Source: the human T2T-CHM13v2.0 reference genome, Homo sapiens. From it: a DNA stretch of 64,000 nucleotides. A program made the position numbers and the translations under genes. The first letter of the stretch is position 1. Each line of letters starts with the position of its first letter. Below, in pieces: positions 29,470-42,292 of the stretch. The notes beneath the pieces are model-generated. The model was not told the DNA's origin. It did not search any database and saw only the letters and a program-made list of their open reading frames with translations. The stretch lies in assembly GCF_009914755.1 (NCBI RefSeq), contig NC_060933.1; one strand, 5' to 3'.

Positions 29470-32400
29470 GTCCCATTATATTTTCTGATTGATTATTGTT
29501 GATATGTAGGAAAGCTGTTGACTTGCGAATATTTATCCTGTATCTGGTTACTTTGCCAAATTCCCTTTTGTTTTAATAGTTTTCCAGTTGATTCTCTTGG
29601 ATTTTTTTTTTCAGGCAATTGTATCTGCCATTAATGGCATGTTGGTTTGTTCCCTCCCAATATTTATGCTTCTTGTTTCTTGTCTTCAACTTGGGTAGCT
29701 AGCATCACCAGAATAAATTTAAATAATATGGTAGTGATATTGGGCGTTCTTGGTTATTCCTGACTTCAATTAGAGTAGTTCTGGTATTATATTGTTAAAT
29801 ATTTGAGGGAGGTTTTTGAGAGATACCCCTTATGGAGATGTAAAGAAATTCCTAATTATATTGATCAGTGGTTTTTTTGTTTGTTGTTTGTTTGTTGTTG
29901 TTGTTGTTGTTTTTGCCTCATACTATCTCAGAAGACTTAGGATGATGTCTTTTGGAGTTGCATTACTTTTGTAATTTAGTGCCATATTTTATTTGCTAAC
30001 ATTTATATAGGAATTTTGGATCTATATTTATGTAAGATTTACCCATACTTTTCTCTTTTAAATTATCTTTCCCAGTTCTAATGTGAGAATTATGTTGGCT
30101 TTGTAACAAGAATTGGAATGGTCTCCTCCTCACACCTCACGATTTAGAAAACATAGATATAATTCGCTTATTGAAAATTTGACACAGTAAAATTATTTAA
30201 ATATTCCCAGTATTTTAATAATTCAAATTTCTTCCTCTAATTATTGGCCTATTTGTTTTCTATTTCCTCTTGAGTCAATTTTGGGTAATTTTTATTATTT
30301 ACAAAATGGTCTATTTCATGTATAATTGAAGATATATTAATATAAAGTCTTCCTTCCTTTCTTCTTCCCTCTTTCCCTCCTTCCCTCCCTCTGATTCCGT
30401 AGTCATAGCCACTTTTTCATTTTTTAATATTTCAAGTTTATTTTTTAGTTTCTTAGGCAGACACATGGTAGGAGGTGGGATTAGCCATTTTATCAGTAAT
30501 TTCCAAGAACATGCTCTTATGTTTAATATCAAGTGTTTCGTTTTCTATTTCTTTAACTTCTGTTTATTTTTATTCATTTTCTGCTTTCTTTTGGCTTATT
30601 TTGATTTTATTCTTCTCAGTTCATTTCTTTTTTGAGTGACTGCTTTGGAAATATCCCATGGGTTTTGCTATATAGTGCTCTCATTGTTCATTTTTAAATA
30701 GTCTGCACTTTTTAATTTCTCAAAAAAAAAAAAATACTCCTCCAAATAACCTTTAGGTTACATTTCCAAGTGGTTAAACTTTTTGTGGCTTTTGTTTAGT
30801 TTTATTGCTTTGTGGTCAGGGAATATGGCCTGTATAATTTCTTATTTTAAAAAGGTTATTGAGGTTTTTTTTGTGGCCTGTCACATGATCAGTTTGTAAT
30901 TGTTCCATGGATTTTTGAAAAGATGTGTATTGTTTTATAAGTACATATAAAAATACATCAAACTGGTTAATTGTGTTTTTCAAGTCCCTTATTACTGTGT
31001 GTTTTTTATCCTCATGTTCTGTCCATTTCTGGAAAGTATGCTTAAGTCTCCTATTGTAACTGATTTTTTTCTTCCTGTTTCTCCTTTTATTTTCAAGTTT
31101 TTGTTTTCTGTATTTTATGGGTACGTAAAAGTTCATGACTATATATCTTTTTGTTTAATTTTATGTCAGTTAAAATTTTGGGGGGGTGGTTCTTGATAAT
31201 TATTTTGTTTGCCTTGGAGTTTTTTACCACGTCTGCTTTTTATTGACATATGCCTGGTGTAGTTTTGTCCATTATTTTTGTAAAAAAACTTTTTGTTTTA
31301 AAATAATGTAAGACTCACAAGTAGTTGCAAGTACAATGCAGAGAGTTCCCACCCTTCATCCAGCTTTCGTCATTGATAACATCTGGCATCTCTGTAATCC
31401 CCTTTATTTTAGCCTTTCTGACTCTTTTTGTTTTAGCTCCTGGCCTACCTGTGCCCCCCAATTTGTGATATTCTGCCTTTTAACAGGAGAATTTATATAT
31501 CGTTCATATTTATTGTGATTTCTCGTTTAAGTGTCAGTTTCTTTCTGCCACGTAATTTTGGTTTTGGTTTTCCATGATTTTTTTTCCTAGCCTATCATTG
31601 AACTGCCAAAGTTTTCTTTATTCCCCTCTTTTCTTTCTTTATCTTCTTTTTCTTCCTCTCCTTTCTGCTTGTCCCTTCCCCAATTCCTTGCACTTATTGA
31701 TTTGGAAGTCATAATTGTATTTCTCATTTCTGACATTTAAGTTTTTAACAAACTTATTTAAACTTGGGCAAGAATAAATCTCTAATTTTCCCCAAGGAAT
31801 CCTCCCCCACCACAAATATTTGACCTCCAAGGGCATTTACATTTTCCTCATTCTCCTTCCATAGTTTGTTTTTAGTAAATATGACATGGAATTTTATTTC
31901 CAACTTAAAACTTCTTTTTCTGCATTGTTTTTGGGGGTTATGTAAGAGCTTCCTTGAGATTCACAGCTCTTATTTCCAGTTACTGTTTAGACTTAATCTG
32001 TTTTGTTGGGTTACTTTCTCTTTCTTTAAAAATTCTGTCTGATGTCTTCTTTCTTGGATTTATTTTCCTTAATGTTTTTCAGAAAATGTGCCCAGGTGAC
32101 CTGAATGTCTCTGCATATCTGAAGAGGCCATTATTTTTTTCTCACATTTGAGTGATGAGTTGGTTTGCATTTGAATTCTAGATCCAGAGTCCCCTTTCTC
32201 AGGATCTTGTAGCTGCTGCAGTCTTGTCTTCTGCCTCTTGATCTTGCAGATGAGAAGTCTAATACTAGACTGAGTCTTACTTCTCTAGGGGATTTTTTTC
32301 GTCTATGAAAGCATTTAGGATTTCCTCTTTGTTTTTGGAGTTGGGAAACTTTTATCAGGATGTGTCTAGATGTCTTGTTTTATTCTTCTTTAGTACTTGC

Positions 32401-34884
32401 ACCTTTTGTAATGAAAATTTCAGCCTTTTGTACTGTTCTTTTCTCTGCCATGCAGAGCTGAGTGAATATTGGGTCTTCAGGATAGAGAGACCATGAGACG
32501 CTGGCAGCCAGATTGCCTAGGATGCCAGGTGCAGCTGGACAGCTGGTCAACCCTCTCCAGACTCACTTTCCTCCTCTGGAAAAGGCAGGTGAACAGCTCC
32601 TACCACATAGTGCTGTTGGGAGACGAAATAGGACACAACGGACAAAACATTTAGGACAATGTCTGGTATGGAGGAAGTGGTCAATACGGGAACTGTTTTT
32701 TCTGTAATTCCTCGTGGGTATCAGAGACGGAGGAAGAAGTGGGCTTTTGAGCAGGACTTTGAAGGTGGACAAGGTAAGACCTTCTCTGAGCCTCAATCTC
32801 CCCACTGAAAATGATGGAGCTTGATAGGTTTTTAGGTAATAGTTCTCCTTTTTTTTTTTTTTAAATTTCACACAGAGGAGTGGCTTCATGGGATATAATT
32901 TCTCACTCCTGAATCTCAAGTCTTCCTTCCTCTTCCCTCTCTTCTTTTTTTCCATGGTGTTTGGTCTTTCTGGTGAGTGTGACTTTGTTGAAGGTAGGAC
33001 GCAGGAGTTGAAAGAAGCTTTTACTTTGCCATAGAGAAAGAGCGGCCTACCTGAGTCTGTTTTGATATGGTAAATGAAAAGGTAGATGTCTTTGAGCTTG
33101 ATCTATATCTGGCATGCCCTCCAGTCTTCTCTGTATCCATAGCCACTCTACTGGGCTGTAAGCTCACCTGTGTTTCCCCAGGCACTGCATGCAGTAGGTG
33201 CTCAAGAAGTGATTTTGGAGCAGACGATGAATCAGTGCTTCATTTTTCCTACATGGAGAAATGATTGTATCTCACTTCACTGGGCAGGTCTCCCTTGCAT
33301 TTGCTGTTTTATAAAAGATTTTATTTGTGGTTGAATGACAGTCAGTTCTTTCAGGAAAATGAGAAAAACTGGTTTAGAACCATTGTGAAATTCCATTTTA
33401 ATAGCAACAAGACCAGGCTCTGGCAAGTTCAAAAAGGGCAATCAAGAAATGCTTGTTTGCTCAACAGAAAGAGCTATTTAGGTGGTTACATGGTTCAGAG
33501 TCACCCCCAAACTCCATATAATTTTCAACTTCTAATGACTTTTTTAGCCTCTAAGGTAACTGGCGAAAGTGTAATTTATTTAGAGGAGTGTTTTGGGTTG
33601 GTTTCATCAAGTTGAGGATTGTCCCAGGTGCATCTGGAAACATCACCAGGAAGAGAAGAAACTCCACTGGGAAGGAGATAGGGTAGGGGTGTGATTTCCA
33701 ACAACTCTTCACTCCTCCTGGCGTGGTTTACAGAGCAAATGTTTTTGAGCATCTTTTTTCTGTCTGGCACTGGTAAGACAAGCAGGATGCCATCCTTGCT
33801 CTCCAGTGGCTCAGAGCAGGCATGGGAATGGATCATTGTGATAGCCTGCGGTAAGTGCGAACTCTGCTCCTAGCTTAAGCAAGCCAGAGGGTCAGGAAAG
33901 CTTGCGGCTGGGAGAAGATTGTTGGGTGAGGAGAGGCTCAAGGGGGAGAGAGGGAAGAGAAGGGAGAGTGCTGGGCAGCAGTGACTGCGTGTACAGAAGC
34001 CTGGAGCCACGTGTGATGCACTTGGCAGCTCTATATCCTGAGCTCTGTTAGGGAGTGTCTGGGCAGGGTGCAGACCCACGTGCAGTGGGGCTGGGGAGCT
34101 CCTGTATCCCATCTCAGGAGAGCAGTTGCCACTCAGCTACAACCGATTGTTGCCATGGCAGAACACAGGCCCCAGTGTGGCCAGATCTTCTGATTTTTTT
34201 TTTTTTAAGAAAAGCTGTAAATCTGAAGTTTTATGTAAAACCTCCCAAAATTTCAAATCATGACCACTAATTGAAAAAAAAAGGTCTTATAAAACCCGAA
34301 AGTCCCACTCCGGGCCATTGGTTTATGAAACCTGTTTAGGGACTAGAGAGAAGCAGAGGGGATGAGGGGGACTGAGGTTCCCTGCCCTGGCCTCGGCTGT
34401 GCCCTGTGTAGCCTTCCCTGTGCCGGTGGTCAGGATAGTGGAGGGCTTGGACTTCAGTGTTGAAACAGAGTGCAGGTGACTTTGGAGAACTTTGCTCTTC
34501 CCCTAACCTTGCTTTGCTGTGATTCAGAGAGTAAGAGTCAAGTGAGGCTTAGGTTTTCAGGTTTCCTCGTTTTAATGCCTTTTCCTTCCTTACTAAATCT
34601 GGATGGGGAACGTGATGGGTGATAGTTGAGGCTGGATTGCCTCTTACAACTATTAGGCTCCCTTTGCCCCTGCTCACACCTCGCCCTGCACGGTTTGATC
34701 CAATGTGGAATTTCCCCTCTTTCTACCTTCTTTTTCTGCTTTATTGAAGATCGGGGAGAGGGCCAGATAAATACACTCTTGGGCCTAAACGAGCCCTTGA
34801 TGTGGGCTTTTCTGCCACACTAGTCAATGAATGCTCGTCTTCCCCCTAGAGTAGATGAAAATAAATCTTTTGTTTAAAATTCTT

Positions 34885-35178
34885 TCTATTTTTTTTGAGA
34901 CAGAGTCTTGCTCTGTTACCTGGGCTGGAGTGCAGTGGCATGGTCTTGGCTCACTGCAAACTCCGCCTCCCAGGTCAAGCGATTCTTGTGCCTCAGCCTC
35001 CCGAGTAGCTGGGATTACAGTTGTGTACCACCACACCCAGCTAAATTTTTTGTATTTTTCATTGAGACGGGATTTTGCCATGTTGGCCAGGCTGGTCTTG
35101 AACTCCTGGCCTCTAGTGATCTGCCCACCTTGTCTCTCAATGTGCTGGGATTACAGGCATGAGCCACTGTGCCTGGCC
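34885..35178 (-). mobile_element. AluS/J-intermediate (AluSz-like)
   Basis: Full dimer; TSD core ttaaaattctt. Confidence 0.93.
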
Positions 35179-35204
35179 ATACTTAAAATTCTTAAATACA
35201 TAAC

Positions 35205-35530
35205 ACAGAGTTATCTAATAGAAATGTCATGCAAGCCGCATGTGTAACTTGAAATTTTCTGATATCCGTGTTAAAAAAGGAAAAAGACACAGGTGAAATT
35301 AATTTTCATAACATATTTTATTGAGCCCATTGTATCAAAAATGTTATCAATTCAACATGTAATTATAATAAAAATTCTTATTAAGGTATTACACATTTTT
35401 GATTTTTTACAAAGTCTTTGAAATCAGTGTGTGTTTTCCTCGTGACAGCCCATCTCAGTTTGGATTAGCCGCATTTCAAAAGCTCAGTAGCCACAGGGGG
35501 CTAGTGGCAACCATGTTGGACAGTGTGGCT
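35205..35530. mobile_element. MER33 (hAT-Charlie), opposite orientation to the 22197 copy
   Basis: cagagttatctaatagaaat…acaggtgaaattaatttt…gctcagtagccacagggggctagtggcaaccatgttggacagtg. Confidence 0.85.
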
Positions 35531-37829
35531 GTAACAGATGCACATAAAAAAGTGACATTCCGCAGATATGAAGCAGTGTGCAGGCCACCTGTGAACCTGT
35601 TAATGAGAATGACTCATTTGATCGTGTCGTGATCAGCTCTCCATTCTCCTCAGGGTGAATCTACCAGCCCAGTTCCCTTTCCAGCCCCATCCCCTGTCTC
35701 CCTACCTCACTCTGTCCTGCCAGGCTGGCCTTCTGTTCCTTCCTCCCACGTGCCCAACACCTTCCAGCCTCTGAGCCCTCACACATGCTGTTCCCATTGT
35801 GTGGATTATGCCCCCTTCCCTCATCTCTCTTTGCTTGGTTTAAGCCAAACCATGTTTTCAGGTTAAATACCAGTTTTTCAGGAAGGCATTTCCTTATGTC
35901 CTTGCTTCCAACTCCAGACTAGATTGTTGCCCCGTGGGATGCTGTCATGGGGGAAAGAGAGGAGTGTGTTCCTTCTCCGCATGTACACAATGATAGTTAT
36001 CTATTTATTGGTGAGATCTTGGCTTGACATTTCTCTACTGCATTAGGTGTTGCATGTCAAGAGTACAGGGGCCATGACTGCTTTGTTCACTCGTTTTGTC
36101 CATGGCAGCCTGTATAGTGGCTGCAGAAAATAGATGATCAGTAAGTATGGGATGAATGACACAGGGCTGAGATTCAGTCTTGTAGAGTAATCTGGGCCCA
36201 TGGGACCTCCAGAGGATCCAGACCCCTAACAGTGGGGCTAGGGCGTCAGCCCCTGTGGCCAGTCCTGGGTCTCCTGCTTTGTCGTTGGCAGAGTCAGCCT
36301 CTCCCTGTCCCTGCCTTGACTGGCTTTTGGTTGCCTGTAAATTATATTTTTGGTGGCTGTTAATAAAAATATAGGGCTGGGGGGAGAAAAAAAGACTTTT
36401 CCTAATAGAATTTTATTAAATGGCACTAGTTTAAAAATGTCTCGTAAAAAGTTAATTAATTTGGGATTTGGGGATGAAAGGCGTGATATAAATGTCAGTT
36501 ATTATTATTACAATTTCAGCCTCACGCTTATGCTCTTGATCCAGTCCCTGATCTGGAGTCTCTGCTACTCCCAGGGACTGGCGGCTTTGCTGAAATGCTG
36601 GAGGCAAATTTGAGCTTTGAGGCTCCATCGGGGACAAAGAGGACCTCGCCAAGTTAGGCTGTCCTGCCTTTTCTTCTAGAATAATGCAAGGCCTTGAGAG
36701 CCAGCACCACTGTCAGGGCCAAGAGCTGTTCAGAGCAGGATGGTCTTGGCGCTCTGCGGAGCCCCCTGGGCCAAAGCAGCCAGGAATATCAAGGCCACAG
36801 GCTTAGCCCCCTCACGGAAACCTGGGGTGTTAAAGCTTTCGGGGCTTCAAGAAATTACAGCCCCATTCTCATTTTATGGAGAGGGAAACTGAGTTTAAAG
36901 AGGGGCGGTGGCTTGCCTAGCCCAAGGTCACATAGCAAGTTAATTAAATTTATGGAGAAAAAGGCAGTGAATGCAATTAGTGAAGTGGGGGAAGTCTTCA
37001 AAAAAAAAAAAAAAAAAGATGCAGGCAATTTATTGGTGACAAGTCTAGAAACTATTTTCCAAGGAAATGGGGAGTCCTGGGACTTCTCTTGAGTTCACAG
37101 AGGCAGGCAGCCCTTCACTCCTTCAAGACATCCCACCTTTATGCCCCTGATGGCAGACACCGCACCTAGAGGAAGGGACTCGGCCCTGACCCAGCGTGTA
37201 ATTACCAGTGCGAGGTAGGGGGCAAGCTGCGATGTTAATCAGCATCACCGCTGAAGAGTGAGTGTCTGTGTGCGTCTTTTGCCTCCTCTCTGAGAGGGGC
37301 TGTGAAAGTACCCCTCGCAGGATGTAGACGGGAGTGTGTGTGTTTATGTGCTGGAAATGGCAGCAGGCAAGTTGGGGATCTCATGTTCTTGGACTCATCT
37401 GTCCTTGCAGAGCTGCAAGGGAGCCTAGTGGCTGGTTATTCCCAGGACCCTTCCTGATGCCATCTCTGCTACAGAATTCCTGACAGGTGTTTGCTTGTTT
37501 CCAGTTGGGCTCACCCACATGTTCCCTGCAGCCCATTCCATTTGAGGTGGTTCTGGGAAAGCCTGCCTCCTCCTCACTGTCTTTGGTTCTTAAATCTGTG
37601 TTCTGTTTTGGGGACGACACAGACAGCATCTCCCCTGTCCCCTTCTGAGTGGAGGCCTGTTGTTATCCAGCACCACCATTGACAGAAGTCATGAGCTTGC
37701 GGAGCCTGCTGCAGAGGAGGGGCTCAGGGAAGGTTTGCAGAATGAAGCAATTTGGTGCTCTCGACAAAGAATCTGTCTTGGGGCTCTTTAGTGAATCCTT
37801 TCTACACTGGTTGGCTGGGATCGTCCAGG

Positions 37830-38020
37830 GGATTTTGGAATCAGAGCTGGATTTGAACCTGGGCTCCTTCACCTGAGCAAGATATTTAATCTCAGTAATT
37901 CTCAGTTTCCTCCTCTGGACAATTGAGATAAGAATACTTACTCCACAGCATTACCATGAAGAGGCATGCGTGTAGAGTGTTTAGTACACTGCTGAGCACA
38001 TGTGATGGTGGGAATAATTA
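37830..38020 (+). mobile_element. MIR
   Basis: ttggaatcagagctggatttgaacc…ctcagtttcctcctctg. Confidence 0.7.
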
Positions 38021-39320
38021 TAATGTACTCATGACATATGACACCAGCCAGGTCCTCCTGCTAACATGTTCCTTGAGATGTCCATCTTATTACTGAAGTC
38101 CCCAAAGTCCTGCACAGGGCCTGACACACAGACCCCTACCGGAACCTTCCAGCTCCTACAGCCATGTGCCTCTGATTCTTAATGACTGTTGAACTGAACT
38201 GAGCTGAATTGAGAGTTCTGTCCTGCGTTTTACAAGCTCAGAGTCAGGCCTTCGGGAGACCCCTTGGGATGAGGCTGTCTGTATTTCCCCGAGGCCAGAC
38301 CAGCCCTGGTGTGGAGGCTTCCGAGCTGGTTCGAGGTCTCCCCCAGCCTTTTAGAATGTGAAAGCAGCCAATAAGAGTCTCAACTAGAAAAACAAGTGCC
38401 GCAGCTCTATTGTTGTGTTTTATTGGAAATAAAATTTTTATTCTCTTTCTTCCCCTCTTCTCCGTGCAAGAAAACCACAGCTGCCTCAGACTTTGAAGTC
38501 CTTTTAAGTTGCAGGCCTAGAAGAATGGGAGGGAGAGGGGAGGTCCAGGCCATCCCTTTGGTCGCCATGTTGCCACTCTTGACAAAGAGCATCAGAATGG
38601 CAGCTTGTTTTTTCCTCAGTCAATGGCAGAGCTGGGTAGATTGCATGGAAGAGATGCTGTTGGCCTCTCTGGGAACAGAGCAGCCTCCCCCGCCCTCATC
38701 TTTATTGGATTTCAATGAGTCTTTCTGCTGTGGGTCATACATGCAGTGCGACCTCATAAATGGAGCGGTGGAATTTTCACTCCCTTTGTACTGAGGGCCT
38801 CAAGCATACTCCATCGCCATTGTCAACCCTGGATGGGTAAAACGCAGAAAACCAGGCAGAACTGATTCCTCCCAGGCAGCCCTGAGACCTGGAATATGAC
38901 AGTTCTAAGTTTCTAGGCACTCGCTAGTCAGAAGGCGGAATAGGGCAGGAAAGCAGAGATGACATTTCCCACCTCGTGCCCCTGAGTCTTCTCTGGAAAT
39001 CCAGATCCTCACACTTTTCTGTGGAATATATCAGGGCCTTCAAGAGAATGGGCAAGGCTTTGGGCCTCACAGCTTTGCAGTTGTTGCATCAGAGGAAGCC
39101 TGTAGCCATGGGAGTTAGAAGGCTCTAGAAAGATTCTGGAGGCCCTGTAAAGCTGAGATGTTTTTAATCAAAAGTTAGTGGATTAAAAGGCCATGTGTTA
39201 TTTAACTGGATGTGCCTGGTAGCTGCCAGTTAAGTGCCTGTTTTGTGCCACTCGTCCATCCACATATTTTTGAGGGCCCAAAATGTGCCAGCCATTGTGC
39301 GAGGAGCCAGCCGTGTTGGG

Positions 39321-39369
39321 GAAGCAGTGGGAGTCCCTGATGTTGAAGCAGTGGGAGTCCCTGATGTTG
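39321..39369. repeat. Perfect 24-bp tandem duplication
   Basis: gaagcagtgggagtccctgatgtt x2. Confidence 0.97.
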
Positions 39370-40451
39370 TGGTGGTGGCTACAGAAGGCAGCGCTGGTAA
39401 TAACAGGAAGAAAGCAGTGCCCCCCACCCCACAGATGAGATGTATACCCAGGGTCAGATCTGTTGATGGCATTATTTCTGCACTTACCAGCTTGGTGGGG
39501 AAGGTTCCTGCTTTGCTGCATTTTGAAACTGGGAGTTTGCTATGAGATCATCTGTTCTCCCACTTCTTCCCAAAAGGGGGAACTCAAGGACGGTGGGCAG
39601 TTGATCTCTGCCTATTTACTCAGCCTGTAAGTTTCAGAGATGAAGCTTGAATGCATGTCTTCCCGGTCATCAGTCCAGATCTTGTAATTAGATGAAATGG
39701 GTGACGGAAGAGTGAGGCTGGTGCACCATGGGATGGCTGTAATTGCCCGTGACATCACCTTGCGTCTGACTTCTGCATTGGAGCTTCACATCTTCCACAT
39801 GGAGGTGGCTGCTGGCTATTACAAATTGCTGCATGCATTTGAAAAGATATAATTAGAGAAGGAGCATTTCCATTGCAGTCCCACATGAAGGGCTGGGTGT
39901 TCACAGTGCAAGTCCTGTAATTCAAGGGGTCGGTGGCAGAGATGGTCCTCTGATGTGAAGAGTTCCTTTGTCCCCCACCATCCCTCCAGACCCCTGTCCT
40001 CTGTGTGGTCCGAGACAGGAGTTGTTCTTACAGTCCCTCGGAGGCGTATGGTTCTTCCTTACGGCTGGTTCCTCTGCATCCCTACCACTGGGTCATCCAA
40101 CTTAAATGCCTCTGTTGTCAAGGTGCTCACTACCTCAGTCAGACTCTTTCCCTGGAGGAGAATGTTCCTCTTCATCCTGAGCTCAGAGCTGCCTCCTTCT
40201 GATTTCTGTCCCCAGGGGTTGTATGCTCCCCGCTCCTCTCTCCCCTCCCGGACTGAAGGGCAGGTCTCTGGCCCTACATGGTCCACCTCTGTCAGCCGCC
40301 ACCACACTGGCTCCGCCTGGGAAAATCCTGCCCGCCGATGTGTAAGTGTGTCACTGCCAATAATAGTGCGAAGCCTCCAAATCTGAGGGCCTTTCTAGGA
40401 TCGTTTCCTGATTAATTAGGTCAGCATCTCCAAAATCAATTTCCAGCGAAG

Positions 40452-40470
40452 TCGCGCCACCTGGTAGCGC
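40452..40470 (-). promoter_or_regulatory. Candidate CTCF site
   Basis: Minus strand gcgctaccaggtggcgcga resembles CCACCAGGTGGCGC; CpGs retained. Confidence 0.55.
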
Positions 40471-41992
40471 CGTTCCCTGCCCAGCCAGGCGAGGGAGTTG
40501 GCACGGGAGGCAATTCCCTGGCCTCTGGTGCAGTTCAGGTCTTGTCTCTACCTCATCTCTTCTGTGATTATCCTGACTTTTTATTTTATCTGCCCCCCTC
40601 AAATCTTCCATTAAACCCCCGTAGATCCTGCTTCAAACAGGCAATTAGACTAACAACGTAATTATATCCCTCAATTCTAATTGTAACTGGTTTAGAGGAA
40701 AAACAAAGAGAAAGAGGCTTCAAAATCTCTGGAAACTAAAAGCAGCGGTTATGGTTTCCAGGTATTTTTCTTCCCTGTGTGTTTCTTTGAGAGCCCTGGT
40801 TGCTGGCAGGCTGGCATCTCTGTAGCTTGCCCAATGCCATAAGGACCACCGTATCTGTTCCCCTCTTCTGAGCATGTGCTAGTTGACACCCCCACCTCTG
40901 TCCTTCTCTGGGTTCCTGGCTCTGCTGGCTGTGTCTCTCATTGTCTCTCCCTGTCTCAACCACTTTCACCCTATTAGATGTGGTCAGCTTGCCAGTGTTG
41001 GAAGAAGTAGCATTTCTTCTGGCTCTTGCTAGCACTCCATCATCGCCAGTAACCATGGGTTGATGATCCATGTGAGTCTGTCTTGGGGAGATTGGAAGCC
41101 AGGCAAGCTGGACCTGGTCTTGGGGTTTGAGCCCAGCCAGGCTTATGTGACGAGGCTGCCACAGGGAGACGTCTTGCGCCACCTGCCTATACTCAGCATT
41201 TTCCGAGTCTGTTTTTTGAGCAAGGCCTGCACTCTGTGAATAAGCCTTGGTCTCTGCCTCCAGGCTGCCCTCGGCCTGGGGAAAGAGGCATTCAAATCAT
41301 TGAATGGTGGGACCGCTGGGAAGAGTAGACATCAGAGGGGCTCCAACCCGGCCTCAGGTGGCAGGGTGAGATGGGAAGTGGAGTAGGGCAGTGTGGGGAC
41401 ATTCGAGAGGTTCCCTGGTGGAAGGGATGTCTAGGATGAGAGTTAAAAGATGGGGAGGAGAGTTGGCCAGGCAGTGAGTGTGGAAGCAGGTCCAGGAACC
41501 CTGGTGTGGCCGGACTGTCTACTGTGAGGGTGGCCTCGGTGGGAGCTGAGGCTGGAGAAGAGCAGGGACTATGTCTCTGAGGAGGAGGAGTGGGAGGGGA
41601 AAGGAGGAAGGGAGGGGGGGACAGGATCAGACTTGTGTCTTACAAAGACCAAACGAGCTGCAAGTGGAAATTGTTGAATGGGAGGGGGCTTGATTGGAGG
41701 CTAGAAGGCCAGTTGGAGGGCTTTTGAAGAAACCTAGGTGGTTTTTCATGAATAACAACTTGCTGTGATGGGGCTGGACTAGCTGTGTGGCTTTGGGGTG
41801 GTCGCTTAACCTCTCTGTGCTTCCCTTTCCTCATCAGATTAAAGGGAGGGTATTTATATTTACCTTGCTGTGTTTTAGGGGACATATCAGAAATAGGCAA
41901 AGGTTCTAGTTCAGTGTTTGACATAGAATAGGCATCCAAACAATATTTGTGAATAGGGACCTTTTACCAGGATGGCTTGGAGCACTTTTTCC

Positions 41993-42226
41993 TATATATA
42001 TACGTATATATACACACATATATGTGTGTATATATATACACACACACATATATGTGTGTGTGTGTATATATATACACACATATATGTGTGTGTGTATATA
42101 TATACATATATGTGTATATATACATATATGTGTGTATGTGTACACATATATGTGTGTATGTGTACACATATATGTGTGTATATGTACACATATGTGTGTA
42201 CATATGTACACATATGTGTGTGTATA

Positions 42227-42261
<35 letters not shown>

Positions 42262-42292
42262 ATATATATGTATATATATATATGTATATATA
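41993..42292. repeat. Compound (TA)/(TG)/(CA) microsatellite, ~300 bp
   Basis: Continuous alternating purine-pyrimidine run seen directly. Confidence 0.98.

Larger units (their letters stand above)
27310..32440 (-). mobile_element. Highly decayed L1ME/L1M5-type element with nested insertions
   Basis: T-rich antisense L1; endonuclease relic DLKNTINQFD…TDHVTGHKKNLNNLFKI (30816-31136); gggattttgactggaatcacattgaatttatagattaatttt (~28630); ORF1-region gatgagaagtct (~32250). Confidence 0.8.

Noticed and set aside
39321-39369. CRISPR-like direct repeat
   Set aside because: Two adjacent copies without a spacer in eukaryotic DNA; a simple tandem duplication.
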